This document shows positions 49,397 to 58,467 of a stretch of DNA of 64,000 nt, piece after piece. The notes beneath the pieces are model-generated. The model was not told where the DNA came from. It worked only from the letters and a program-made list of their open reading frames with translations, and searched no databases. Positions within the stretch are counted from its first letter, which is position 1. Every line of letters begins with the position of its first letter. The DNA comes from an uncultured Solirubrobacterales bacterium (lineage in GTDB: Bacteria; Actinomycetota; Thermoleophilia; Solirubrobacterales; JBBDJG01). The stretch spans positions 1,499,208-1,563,207 of the forward strand of contig CAWFMD010000006.1 in assembly GCA_963816975.1 (NCBI GenBank), read 5' to 3'. The translations under genes were made by a program, and so were the position numbers.

Positions 49397-50467
49397 TCAT
49401 CCGGGCGCCCGCAGGTAGATCGGGTTCGACAGGATCCACGTGCGCGCGCGTCCGTGGGCCTCGCGGTAGGCCTCGAGTCGGTAGACGCCCGGCGCAGCGG
49501 CCCGGTGCTCGAGGGTGTCGCCGTGGACGGCGGCCACCTCCACGCCGCCGCGCAGCAGCCGCAGCCGCGCCGCCGCGGGAGTGCGCGCCCGCAGCACCCA
49601 ATCGCCCGCCGCCGACTCGTCGCCCATCGCGAGCAGGCTCGCTCCCTCCGCCCAGAAGCTGAAGCCGCGCGCCGGCGCAAGGGAGTCGACCGCGACGTAG
49701 GCGTGCCCCGAGCGCAGCGCCCCGAACAGTGCAGCGCGGTCGGCTTCGAGGTCGCCGCCCAGCGGCGCGCGCAGTAGCAGGTGCGTGCGCAGGTGGCGGA
49801 ACGACCGCCTGTAGGCCATCAGGCGCAGCGGCACGTGGCCGGCCACCCGGATCCCGACCTGGTGGGCATCCACGCCGCCGAGCGCAACACAGCGGCGGCG
49901 TGCGCAGAGCCGGTCCCAGGCGTCCAGATTGCGCTGCGGCGGGTGGTCGAGGAACCGGCCGGGCCGGACGATGAAGGAGAGCAGCTCGCGCACGCTGTTG
50001 ACCCGCTCGGCGGAGTCGGTCACGAAGCTCCACAGCTCGATGCCGGTGTAGCCGGTCGCGTCCAGGTCGCGCCACGGCATGCCCGCGCCGCCGCGCTTGA
50101 ACCGCTCGGAGCCTTTGGAGAACGGGTGCGCGAGGAACCCGAACCCGCCCCCGGCCGCCACGCGCTCGACGATCTGTCCGGGGGTCATGCCGCGGTGGTC
50201 GATCGGTTCGCGCAGCCCGAAGGCGAGGTAGTGGTTCTCGCGCCGCGGCGACACCTCGCAGCCGGCCAGCAGGAGCGTCGATCCATACCAACCCTCCTCG
50301 CCGCGGTCGGCGGCCGCCAGCGTGTCGTGATCTGTGAGCAGCACGTAGTCCAGGCCGGCGCGGCGCGCCGCGGCCGCGATCTGCGCCACTGTGCCAGTGC
50401 CGTCGGAGTGCGTCGAGTGGCAGTGGATCACGCCCGCGAGGTCGTATACCGGCGGCGGCTCGGCCAT
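49397..50467 (-). CDS. PHP-domain metallohydrolase
   Basis: HCHSTHSDG, TDHD, AHP, DAH. Confidence 0.88.
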   Translation of the reverse strand: MAEPPPVYDLAGVIHCHSTHSDGTGTVAQIAAAARRAGLDYVLLTDHDTLAAADRGEEGWYGSTLLLAGCEVSPRRENHYLAFGLREPIDHRGMTPGQIVERVAAGGGFGFLAHPFSKGSERFKRGGAGMPWRDLDATGYTGIELWSFVTDSAERVNSVRELLSFIVRPGRFLDHPPQRNLDAWDRLCARRRCVALGGVDAHQVGIRVAGHVPLRLMAYRRSFRHLRTHLLLRAPLGGDLEADRAALFGALRSGHAYVAVDSLAPARGFSFWAEGASLLAMGDESAAGDWVLRARTPAAARLRLLRGGVEVAAVHGDTLEHRAAAPGVYRLEAYREAHGRARTWILSNPIYLRAPG

Positions 50468-50562
50468 CGCCGCAGGTTATCCCGCGGGACAGTGGGCACG
50501 GGTGTCCGCGCCATGACCGCAGTTGACCGCGCTCGAAGCGCTGCGCTAGGGTCGCCACAGGA

Positions 50563-52782
50563 GTGAGGCGCTGGCTTGCAGTCCCGGGGGTGATCGTCGC
50601 CATGCTGGCATGCGCGGCAGGCGCGTCACCGGCTGCGGGACAGGTGCCGCCCGGGCTGAAGGCGTCGTGCTCGCCGCGCACCGCGCAGGCGGGCTACACG
50701 TACGAGTTTTGCACCGACGGGAACACGCCCGTGAACGGCCGCACCGCGAACGTCGGCGGCATCAAGGGAGTTCGCGTGCCCGCGAAGTACGACGGCTTCG
50801 AGGGCCTGCCCACCCAGGCCTCCGACGCGACGACCGTGCCGGGCTCCGACGCCGAAGGCATGGTGACGATCGACGTCGACATCTCGCGGCCGACGATCCC
50901 GGCCCCGTCCGGCGGCTACCCGCTGATCGCGTTCATGCACGGTTGCTGCGCCGGTGACAAGTTTGCGTGGCAGTCTCCCGACTTCGGCTCCGGCGAGCGG
51001 TGGCACTACAACAACGCGTGGTTCGCCGCGCGCGGGTACGTGGTGGTCAACTACACCTCGCGCGGCTTCCGCAACCAGTCCGGCGGTGGGGGTTCGACCG
51101 GCGAGACCCAGCTCGACTCGCGCCGCTACGAGATCAATGACTTCCAGTACCTCACCGGCTTGATCGCGGACGACCCGTTCTTCAACGTCGATCCGCAGAA
51201 GATCATCCCCACCGGCGGGTCCTATGGCGGCGGATTCGCTTGGCTCGCGCTCACGGACCCGAAGTGGCGCAGTCCGGGGGGCAAGGCGATGAAGCTCGCG
51301 GCGACCGCGCCCAGGTATGGCTGGACCGACCTGGTGTACTCGCTGATCCCGAACGGGCATCACTCCCAGTACGCGGACAGGCTGCCCGCGTTCAACGGGT
51401 CGACCTCCACCTCGCCGTTCGGAATCCCCAAACAGAGCATCGACAACCTCTTGTACGGCACCGGCCAGTTCGGGGCCACCTTCACGACCGACGTCGACGC
51501 GGCATTCGTTTGCCTGGGCTCGTCCGAGCCGTTCGAGACCGCACCGGGGTGCCAGAACCCGATTGCCGACACCCTGCCGGAGTTCCTCGACGATCGCTCC
51601 GCCTACTACCAGAACCAGTGGTTCTCACGGATCGGGCGAGACGGCGGCCGCTGGTGGGACTGGTGGGGACGCCACCGGTCCAGGTCCGATTACCGCATCC
51701 CGATCTTCAACGCAGGCACGCTCACCGACCCGTTGTTCACGCCGGTGGAGAGCCTGCGGATGTCGAACCGCATCCAGCGGCAGATCCCGAAGTACCCGAT
51801 CAAGCAGTACTTCGGGGACTACCAGCACTTCGTGCAGAACAAGGCCAAGGAGTGGGGCGATCTGTGCGGTGCCGACCACCACGTCTGCACCTTCGCCGAC
51901 TACCCGGGCGGCGACGTGAACGCGGCGCCCACCGGCCTGTACCGCACGGGCGTGACGAGCCGCCTGAACGACTTCATCGACCACTTCGCCAAGCCGCCGG
52001 GCAATCCGAGCGAGCCCAAGCCCACGAGCGACGTGACCGCGGCGCTGCAGATCTGCCCGCAGAACGCGTCGCCCGCGTACCCGGCGGACGAGCCGGGGCC
52101 GACCTTCACCGCCGGCACGTTCGACCAGCTCGCGCCCCACCGGCTGCGTTACGAGTTGACGGGGACGCAGACGACGACGAACAACGCGGAGCCGAATCCA
52201 CACGCGGGCCAGGCGGACCCGATCACGAACCTGTTCGTCAACGCGGCGCGCTGCCCGGTTTCCACTGCTCCGGCCGGCGCGGGCGTCGCCGTCTACGACA
52301 CCCCGGACCTGACGGCCACGGCGACGATGATCGGCGCCACGAAGGTGACCGTCGACTACCAGGCCTCGACCGCACAGGGCGTGCAGCTGAATGCCCGGCT
52401 CTATGACGTGTTGCCGAACGGCACGCAGGTGTTGGTCGACCGTGGTCCGTACCGAGTCGTGAACGCCAACGGACCGGCGACGTTCGAGCTGCACGGCAAC
52501 GGCTGGCGCTTCGAGCCCGGCCACAGGATTCGCATCGAGCTGGCCCAGGACGACGCGGGGTACCTGAAGGTCTCCGAGGTCGCCGCGACGATCACGATCA
52601 ACAAGGTGAAGCTGCGGATCCCGGTGCGCGAGCCGCAGCCACCTGTACGCGTGGACTACCGCACCTCGTTCGAGTTCTGCGCCGCGGAGCGCGATTACCT
52701 GGGCGACGCGGCCTTCAACGCGAAGTACCGCGGCTGGCACTGGGGCATCGCCTTCTGGCGATGCATCTGGGAGAACTTCTGA
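50563..52782 (+). CDS. Secreted CocE/NonD (S15-like) alpha/beta hydrolase
   Basis: Signal peptide, ARGYVVV..TSRGF, GGSYGGG nucleophile, C-terminal LYDV..WRFEPGHRIRIEL domain. Confidence 0.82.
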   Translation: MRRWLAVPGVIVAMLACAAGASPAAGQVPPGLKASCSPRTAQAGYTYEFCTDGNTPVNGRTANVGGIKGVRVPAKYDGFEGLPTQASDATTVPGSDAEGMVTIDVDISRPTIPAPSGGYPLIAFMHGCCAGDKFAWQSPDFGSGERWHYNNAWFAARGYVVVNYTSRGFRNQSGGGGSTGETQLDSRRYEINDFQYLTGLIADDPFFNVDPQKIIPTGGSYGGGFAWLALTDPKWRSPGGKAMKLAATAPRYGWTDLVYSLIPNGHHSQYADRLPAFNGSTSTSPFGIPKQSIDNLLYGTGQFGATFTTDVDAAFVCLGSSEPFETAPGCQNPIADTLPEFLDDRSAYYQNQWFSRIGRDGGRWWDWWGRHRSRSDYRIPIFNAGTLTDPLFTPVESLRMSNRIQRQIPKYPIKQYFGDYQHFVQNKAKEWGDLCGADHHVCTFADYPGGDVNAAPTGLYRTGVTSRLNDFIDHFAKPPGNPSEPKPTSDVTAALQICPQNASPAYPADEPGPTFTAGTFDQLAPHRLRYELTGTQTTTNNAEPNPHAGQADPITNLFVNAARCPVSTAPAGAGVAVYDTPDLTATATMIGATKVTVDYQASTAQGVQLNARLYDVLPNGTQVLVDRGPYRVVNANGPATFELHGNGWRFEPGHRIRIELAQDDAGYLKVSEVAATITINKVKLRIPVREPQPPVRVDYRTSFEFCAAERDYLGDAAFNAKYRGWHWGIAFWRCIWENF

Positions 52783-52831
52783 CCGAGGCGTAGTATCTGC
52801 CCCGGCAGCGAGCGGCGAGGAGGTCCATCTG

Positions 52832-53971
52832 ATGGCGACGGTTGAGTCTCCCGAGACTCTCGGGATCCGGCCCTTTGGCGAATTCGACGGCGTCTACGAC
52901 GTTTGGCCGCGAGGGGAGCGGCCCGATGCGATCCGGGATGCGGCCCGCCGATTCCGCGCGCGCTTCGCGACCGACGAGAACCGCGTGCGGGCGGTGCAGA
53001 CCGTGGACCTCGCGTCTGCGGCCTACCCGGTGTCGTTCGCGTTCCACGGCGCGGCCCGGACGCTGAACCCCTACATCAACATCGTGAACCGCCTCGTGAT
53101 CGTGCAGTTCGAGGACTTCGAGGGCAACCTCAAGACGCTCGCATGGGAACCGACGATCGCGGAGGGGGCGGCCGAGGCGCCGTTCTACGACCAGCTGCTG
53201 AAGCGCTACGGCGAGTTCCTCTCCTACAAGGTCTTCGCGAACTTCTACAACACGGTCGCGCAGGCCATCGCCCGCTGCGGCATCACTCCGGCCGACGTCG
53301 ACTACGTGAGCTTCGACCACCTGCACGTCCAGGACCTACGGCTGACCATGGGCACGACCCGTCCCGTACTGGGCGAGTCGCAGCCGCGCATGCCCTTCTT
53401 CCCCAACGCGAAGTTCCTGTTCCAGCGTAAGGAGGTCGACACCTTCAAGGCGCCGCATCCGACCCAGTGGGCGTGGTACGTGCCGGGCGGGATGGACGAC
53501 GTGATCGAGGACAACCTCGTGCTGCTCGACGGCGACGTCGAGCTCGGCAAGGGCGTGGCGATCGTATGGACTCCGGGACACACGGACGGCAACCACAGCC
53601 TCGCGCTGAACACCGAGGACGGGGTCTGGATCACCTCCGAGAACGGCGTCAGCGCCGACTCCTGGCATCCCCATCAGTCGAAGATCCCCGGCATCCGCAA
53701 GTACGCGGAGTTCTTCAACCGCGAGGTCGTGATGAACGCGAACACGCTCGAGGACTCGGTGGACCAGTACGACTCGATGGTCAAGGAGAAGGCGATCGCC
53801 GACCCCAACCCCAGGGATCCGCGCTGGCTGAACGTGTTCCCTTCCTCCGAGATGCCCGCCTGGCGCCGGCAGTGGCCGGTGATGCCGAGCTTCACCTACG
53901 GCGGGATCAACTACGGTGCGATCCAGCGCCCGGCGAGCGCCAACGGGGCCGCCCGCAACGGCGCGGCGTAG
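52832..53971 (+). CDS. Divergent MBL-fold protein
   Basis: VDYVSFDHLHVQD, FPNAKF, TPGHTDG; RBS GAGGAGG. Confidence 0.78.
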   Translation: MATVESPETLGIRPFGEFDGVYDVWPRGERPDAIRDAARRFRARFATDENRVRAVQTVDLASAAYPVSFAFHGAARTLNPYINIVNRLVIVQFEDFEGNLKTLAWEPTIAEGAAEAPFYDQLLKRYGEFLSYKVFANFYNTVAQAIARCGITPADVDYVSFDHLHVQDLRLTMGTTRPVLGESQPRMPFFPNAKFLFQRKEVDTFKAPHPTQWAWYVPGGMDDVIEDNLVLLDGDVELGKGVAIVWTPGHTDGNHSLALNTEDGVWITSENGVSADSWHPHQSKIPGIRKYAEFFNREVVMNANTLEDSVDQYDSMVKEKAIADPNPRDPRWLNVFPSSEMPAWRRQWPVMPSFTYGGINYGAIQRPASANGAARNGAA

Positions 53972-54012
53972 TTCGCGGCGGCGTCCCGACAGCCGGCAGA
54001 GCAGGGGTAACG

Positions 54013-54462
54013 GTGTACAAGCTGATCGTCAGACGTATCGTGAGGCGCACGTTCGCACGCCTCAGCCAGGGCGAGTACGAGCAGATCGTGAAGCAATTCC
54101 GCCCGCAGTCGCGCTTCATGTTCGCGGGGGAGCACGCGCTCGGCGGCGAGCGGTGGGGCCAGGCGGCGGTGCGCGACTGGTTCGCGGACATGCAGCGGCG
54201 CTTCCCGGGCATCCAGATCGTGCCGCAGGAGGTCGTCGTCAACGGGTGGCCCTGGAACACGGTGATCGCCACACACCTCGAGATCAGCGCTCCGCGCCCG
54301 GGCGGGCGCGAGTATCGCAACGAAGGGATGCAGCTGCTGCGCCTGTCGTGGGGGCGGGTGGTCGAGGACCTGATCTTCGAGGACACGCTCGCGTTGGACG
54401 GCGAGCTGCGCCGCAGCGCGCATTCGGGTGAGCGTGAGCCGCTCGCGGAGCGCACGCCGTGA
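54013..54462 (+). CDS. NTF2/SnoaL-like protein
   Basis: GEHALGG, VNGWPWNT, YRNEG..LRLSWGRV. Confidence 0.8.
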   Translation: MYKLIVRRIVRRTFARLSQGEYEQIVKQFRPQSRFMFAGEHALGGERWGQAAVRDWFADMQRRFPGIQIVPQEVVVNGWPWNTVIATHLEISAPRPGGREYRNEGMQLLRLSWGRVVEDLIFEDTLALDGELRRSAHSGEREPLAERTP

Positions 54463-54540
54463 GCATCCACGGGCCGGCGCCGCTTTCTTGACGGTCACGC
54501 GGTAACGCGTGACTTCGCCTGTCCTACACTCGTTACGGGC

Positions 54541-55332
54541 ATGAAGAGGTCGGAACGCGGACAGGCGTCGGTCGAGTGGAGCGCATTGGGTCTGATGCTG
54601 GCGCTGCTGTTCGCGACCGCGGCATTCGCGGTGGCGCGGACCGACGCCTGGGAGTTCGGCGACGGCATCGTGCACTCGCTGGTGTGCGCCGTAAAGGGTG
54701 GGTGCGACGCGGGCGACGCTCTGTCCTTGGCGTACGGCGACGATGTCGCCGCGCAGATGCGCCGCTATGCCCCGAACGTGGCGTATGACCCGCGCAGCGC
54801 CGCGCTGCCGATCGACTTCCGCCGCTGCCGCAAGACCGGCTGCTCGGACGGGTCTGATGCGGCGCGCGAGGTCGCCCGCTCCAGCGCCGGGCTACCCGTC
54901 ACGGCCTTTACGCGCGTGGTCGACCGGCGCGCCGGGGGCGGGCCGCTGTACCTCCAGTACTGGTTCTACTACCCGGAGAGCTTCACCGGTGCCGTCGGCC
55001 GCGTGTTCGGCGACCGGTGGCCGGGGTATCACCCGGACGATTGGGAGGGATACCAAGTGCGGATCCCACCGGCGGGCCGCGCCTCTGCGCGCGCCACGGA
55101 GCACGGCGGCTACGGCGCCGGGTGGCAGCCCTGGACCGGGTGGATGAGCGTGGCCGGCGGCAGCCACGCCGGCCAGATCGTCGAGCGCGGCCGCGGCGGT
55201 CGCAACACCCGCGCCGAGCAGATCGACCTGATCCCCCTCGAACGCCTCGAGGGAACGTCGCGGCATCGGTTCGCGGTCCCGCCGCCGTGGGACAAGGACG
55301 TGTACCGCCGGCCCGAGTCGGCCGGTTCCTGA
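54541..55332 (+). CDS. TadE-like pseudopilin N-terminus fused to a Vps62/NPP1-like domain
   Basis: ERGQASVEW plus TM; LQYWFYYP, HPDDWEG, HG, GGSHA. Confidence 0.65.
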   Translation: MKRSERGQASVEWSALGLMLALLFATAAFAVARTDAWEFGDGIVHSLVCAVKGGCDAGDALSLAYGDDVAAQMRRYAPNVAYDPRSAALPIDFRRCRKTGCSDGSDAAREVARSSAGLPVTAFTRVVDRRAGGGPLYLQYWFYYPESFTGAVGRVFGDRWPGYHPDDWEGYQVRIPPAGRASARATEHGGYGAGWQPWTGWMSVAGGSHAGQIVERGRGGRNTRAEQIDLIPLERLEGTSRHRFAVPPPWDKDVYRRPESAGS

Positions 55333-55348
55333 GCCGGCCGGCGGGCGC

Positions 55349-55726
55349 TCAGGCGGGGGTGTGGCAGACGGCTTCGATGTTGTTGCCGTCGGGGTCGAGC
55401 ACGAAGGCGCCGTAGTAGTCCGGGTGGTAGATCTCGCGAGTGCCGGGGCCGCCGTTGTCCTTGCCGCCGGCTGCGAGCGCCGCGGCGTGGAAGGCGTCCA
55501 CGGTCTCGCGGTCCGCGGCCGCGAAGGCCACGTGGACCCCGCTGTCAGGCCCGCGATCACGCTTGGCGATCCAGAAGAACGGAAACTCGTCGCCGAAGCC
55601 GCAGACACCGGGAATCGGCTCCATCACGACCCTCATCCCGAGGGGGGAGAGCGCCTGCTCGTAGAACGCCCGGCTGCGCTCGTAGTCGTCCACGTCCAGT
55701 CCGATGTGGTCAAGCCTGGGTTTCAT
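55349..55726 (-). CDS. VOC/glyoxalase family protein
   Basis: LDHIGL, HVAF, YYGAFVLDPDGNNIEAV. Confidence 0.92.
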   Translation of the reverse strand: MKPRLDHIGLDVDDYERSRAFYEQALSPLGMRVVMEPIPGVCGFGDEFPFFWIAKRDRGPDSGVHVAFAAADRETVDAFHAAALAAGGKDNGGPGTREIYHPDYYGAFVLDPDGNNIEAVCHTPA

Positions 55727-55765
55727 GAAGCCTCCATCGCGTGTCGGGCCCCCCATCACACCACG

Positions 55766-56053
55766 CTAGCCGTACCCGAGGTCGGCCAAAGTCTCCTCGT
55801 CCATGCCGAAGACGTGCCCCACCTCGTGCAGAACGGTGCGACGGACCTCCTCGACGTTCGGATTCGCGTCCCTGAAGATCACGATCCGCTGCAGGCCGCC
55901 GATCGGGTCGTAGATGCCCATCAGGCCCGCGGGGTGCCGGTCCTCGATCACGACGGCGACCTCGCCGAGCTGCGCCGCGAACTCGTCAGGCAGCTCGTCC
56001 AAGGCATCCTGCACCGCGGCGCGCACCTGTTCGTCTGTCAGCCGGGCCTGCAC
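55766..56053 (-). CDS. Minimal zincin-like metallopeptidase
   Basis: TVLHEVGHVFG, LADLGY. Confidence 0.85.
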   Translation of the reverse strand: MQARLTDEQVRAAVQDALDELPDEFAAQLGEVAVVIEDRHPAGLMGIYDPIGGLQRIVIFRDANPNVEEVRRTVLHEVGHVFGMDEETLADLGYG

Positions 56054-56088
56054 GGGACCAAGGCTAGACGGAAGGTAAGGTCCCCGCC

Positions 56089-56556
56089 GTGGATGCTCTT
56101 CGCGAGCGCATGTCGGCGGCGATGGACGGCCGCCTGCCCGGCTTGTTCGGGGTCGAGTTGCTGCGCATCGAGCACGGCGCGACCGAGACACGCCTGGAGC
56201 TGAAGGAAGAGCACCTGGCGCCGAACGACTTCCTCCATGCAGGCACGGTGATCACCCTTGCGGACACGAGCTGCGGCATGGGGTGTTTGGCTTCGCTGCC
56301 GGAAGGCGCAGTGGGGTTCACGACGATCGAGCTGAAGACCAACTTCCTCGCCACGGCGCGCGAGGGGGCGCTGCGGTGCGAGGCACGGCTCGTGCACGGG
56401 GGCCGCCGCACCCAGCTGTGGGACGCGACGGTCGCCCGCGAGGCCGATCAGCGCGTGATCGCACTGTTCCGCTGCACGCAGTACCTGCTACAGGCGGACG
56501 ACGCCCGTACCGAGCGTCAGCGCCAGAACGCCGAACTCCCCAAGGAGGAGACATGA
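56089..56556 (+). CDS. PaaI family thioesterase
   Basis: LHAGTVITLADT, TTIELKTNFL. Confidence 0.9.
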   Translation: MDALRERMSAAMDGRLPGLFGVELLRIEHGATETRLELKEEHLAPNDFLHAGTVITLADTSCGMGCLASLPEGAVGFTTIELKTNFLATAREGALRCEARLVHGGRRTQLWDATVAREADQRVIALFRCTQYLLQADDARTERQRQNAELPKEET

Positions 56557-57137
56557 GCGCACCAAGACGGTCGGCTCCAGCCGGCACGCGATCGTCCTCG
56601 AACGCCGGGCGGAACTCGGGGGCCGGGCCCAGCGCGGCCGTGCGTCGCAAGCGCGAGGCGACCGTGCGGGAGCACATGGAGTCCGAGAACCGCCATGACT
56701 TCGACACGACGATGAAGACGTTCCATCATCCCCGCTACGAGATCATCGCGACGGGCGAAGTCCATGACGGCGAGGGCGAGGTGGCGGACTACTTCAAGGA
56801 GACCCGGGCCGCGTTTCCGGACCAGCGCAACGAGCTGGTCGCGCTGCACCACGCCGATGACGCGGTGGTCGTCGAGTTCGACCTGAAGGGGACGCACCTC
56901 GGGTCGCTGCGCGGCCTGCCGCCCACCGGTCGCGAGTTCACATGCCGCATGGTGGCCCTGTTCCTGTTCGAAGAGGATCGCCTGGTGGGCGAGCGCGTCT
57001 ACTTCGACGTCGCCACGATCCAGCGCCAGCTGGGGATCGCCCACGACCCGCTGACGCTGAAAGGACGGTTGGCGACACTGGCAAATCACCCGCTCACGAT
57101 CAGCCGCGCGGTGGTGCGCTCGGTCATCGGCCGGTAG
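56553..57137 (+). CDS. SnoaL-like ester cyclase family protein
   Basis: AFPD, GTHLG...LPPTGR, ERVYFD. Confidence 0.85.
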   Translation: MSAPRRSAPAGTRSSSNAGRNSGAGPSAAVRRKREATVREHMESENRHDFDTTMKTFHHPRYEIIATGEVHDGEGEVADYFKETRAAFPDQRNELVALHHADDAVVVEFDLKGTHLGSLRGLPPTGREFTCRMVALFLFEEDRLVGERVYFDVATIQRQLGIAHDPLTLKGRLATLANHPLTISRAVVRSVIGR

Positions 57138-57203
57138 CCGCGCGCAACTTTTCGCGCACCTTCGGCTGGACGTTCGTACGATGGGTGCACTGCGTCTCCG
57201 GCA

Positions 57204-58400
57204 GTGGATTCGAACTCGGTGGAACTTGCAAAACGACAGCCCCTGTCGGCGCTGGCGGCATCCTTGGTCGCCCTCGCGCTGGTCCTGGCGCTCCTTCCCG
57301 GAGTCGCACACGCACGGCAGCTCGAGTGCGGCGAGCGCATCACGCAGGACGTAAAGCTCGACTCCGACCTGCACGACTGCGAAGGCGTGGGACTCGTGAT
57401 CGCGCGGGACGACGTCACTGTCGACCTCGCCGGCCACACGATCGACGGAACCGGGCGCGGCACCGGGATCGTGAACGGCTACGGCGCCGGCGGCCGCAGC
57501 GGGGTCCACATCCGCAACGGCACGGTGCGCGGCTTCAAGGTGGGCCTGCGCAGCGGGGGGCGCGGCACCACGCTGCGCCGCCTCACGGTCATTCGCAACG
57601 CCACCGGAGGGGTGGTCCTGCGCGGCTCCCGCTGCACCGTCGAGCGCAGCACGGTCGCCGAGAACGGGTACGGCCACGGCATCTCCATCGTGGCGGCGAG
57701 CGGCTGCAGGATCGATGCGAACCGCGTCTCCCGCCACCTCGGGGCCGGCATCCAGGCATCGCGGTCCAGGAGCCTCGTGATCGACGGCAACCGGGTCTTC
57801 TCCAACCGCCGCGCGGGAATCCTGCTGGCCGGCACGAGCGCCTCGACCGTCGAGGACAACACGGTCTCGAGGAACGAGACGGGGATCGCCCTCTTCGACC
57901 GGGCCGACTCGAACGTCGTGCGGCGCAACACCGCGGCTGCGAACGTGACCGGCATCGCGCTCACGTTCGGCGGAGCGGACAACCGCATCGAGCACAACTC
58001 GGTCTCGGCCAGCGAGGGCGCTGCGATCCGTCTCGCCGAGACGGGCTCGCGCAACGCGGTCGTGCGGAATCTCGTGACCCTCAGCGCCGCGGATGGGATC
58101 CGCGTGATCGACAGCGCCGCGCTGCGCATCGAGGGCAACTCCGTCTACGACAACCGCTCCGACGGCATCTTCGTCGCTGCGCAGGATGCCGGCGGCACCT
58201 CGATCAGCCGCAACACGACGAACCACAACGGCGACGACGGCATCGACGTCGACAGCGCGCTGGTCTCGATCGAGCAGAACATCGCCGAGTACAACAACGA
58301 CTTCGGCATCGAGGCGGCGCCGGGTGTCACGGACGCCGGCGGCAACAAGGCGGTCACGAACGGGAACGTTGCGCAGTGTGCCGGCGTGGAGTGCTTCTGA
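57204..58400 (+). CDS. Secreted right-handed parallel beta-helix protein
   Basis: Signal peptide, CG..IT.DV.L..DL.DC, repeated N-x-GI PbH1 units. Start uncertain. Confidence 0.85.
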   Translation: MDSNSVELAKRQPLSALAASLVALALVLALLPGVAHARQLECGERITQDVKLDSDLHDCEGVGLVIARDDVTVDLAGHTIDGTGRGTGIVNGYGAGGRSGVHIRNGTVRGFKVGLRSGGRGTTLRRLTVIRNATGGVVLRGSRCTVERSTVAENGYGHGISIVAASGCRIDANRVSRHLGAGIQASRSRSLVIDGNRVFSNRRAGILLAGTSASTVEDNTVSRNETGIALFDRADSNVVRRNTAAANVTGIALTFGGADNRIEHNSVSASEGAAIRLAETGSRNAVVRNLVTLSAADGIRVIDSAALRIEGNSVYDNRSDGIFVAAQDAGGTSISRNTTNHNGDDGIDVDSALVSIEQNIAEYNNDFGIEAAPGVTDAGGNKAVTNGNVAQCAGVECF

Positions 58401-58467
58401 TGGGCTGGCGACACCGCACCGCCGCTTAGACCAGCAAGCCTTGACGCCGCGGCACGACGCCGCGGCT

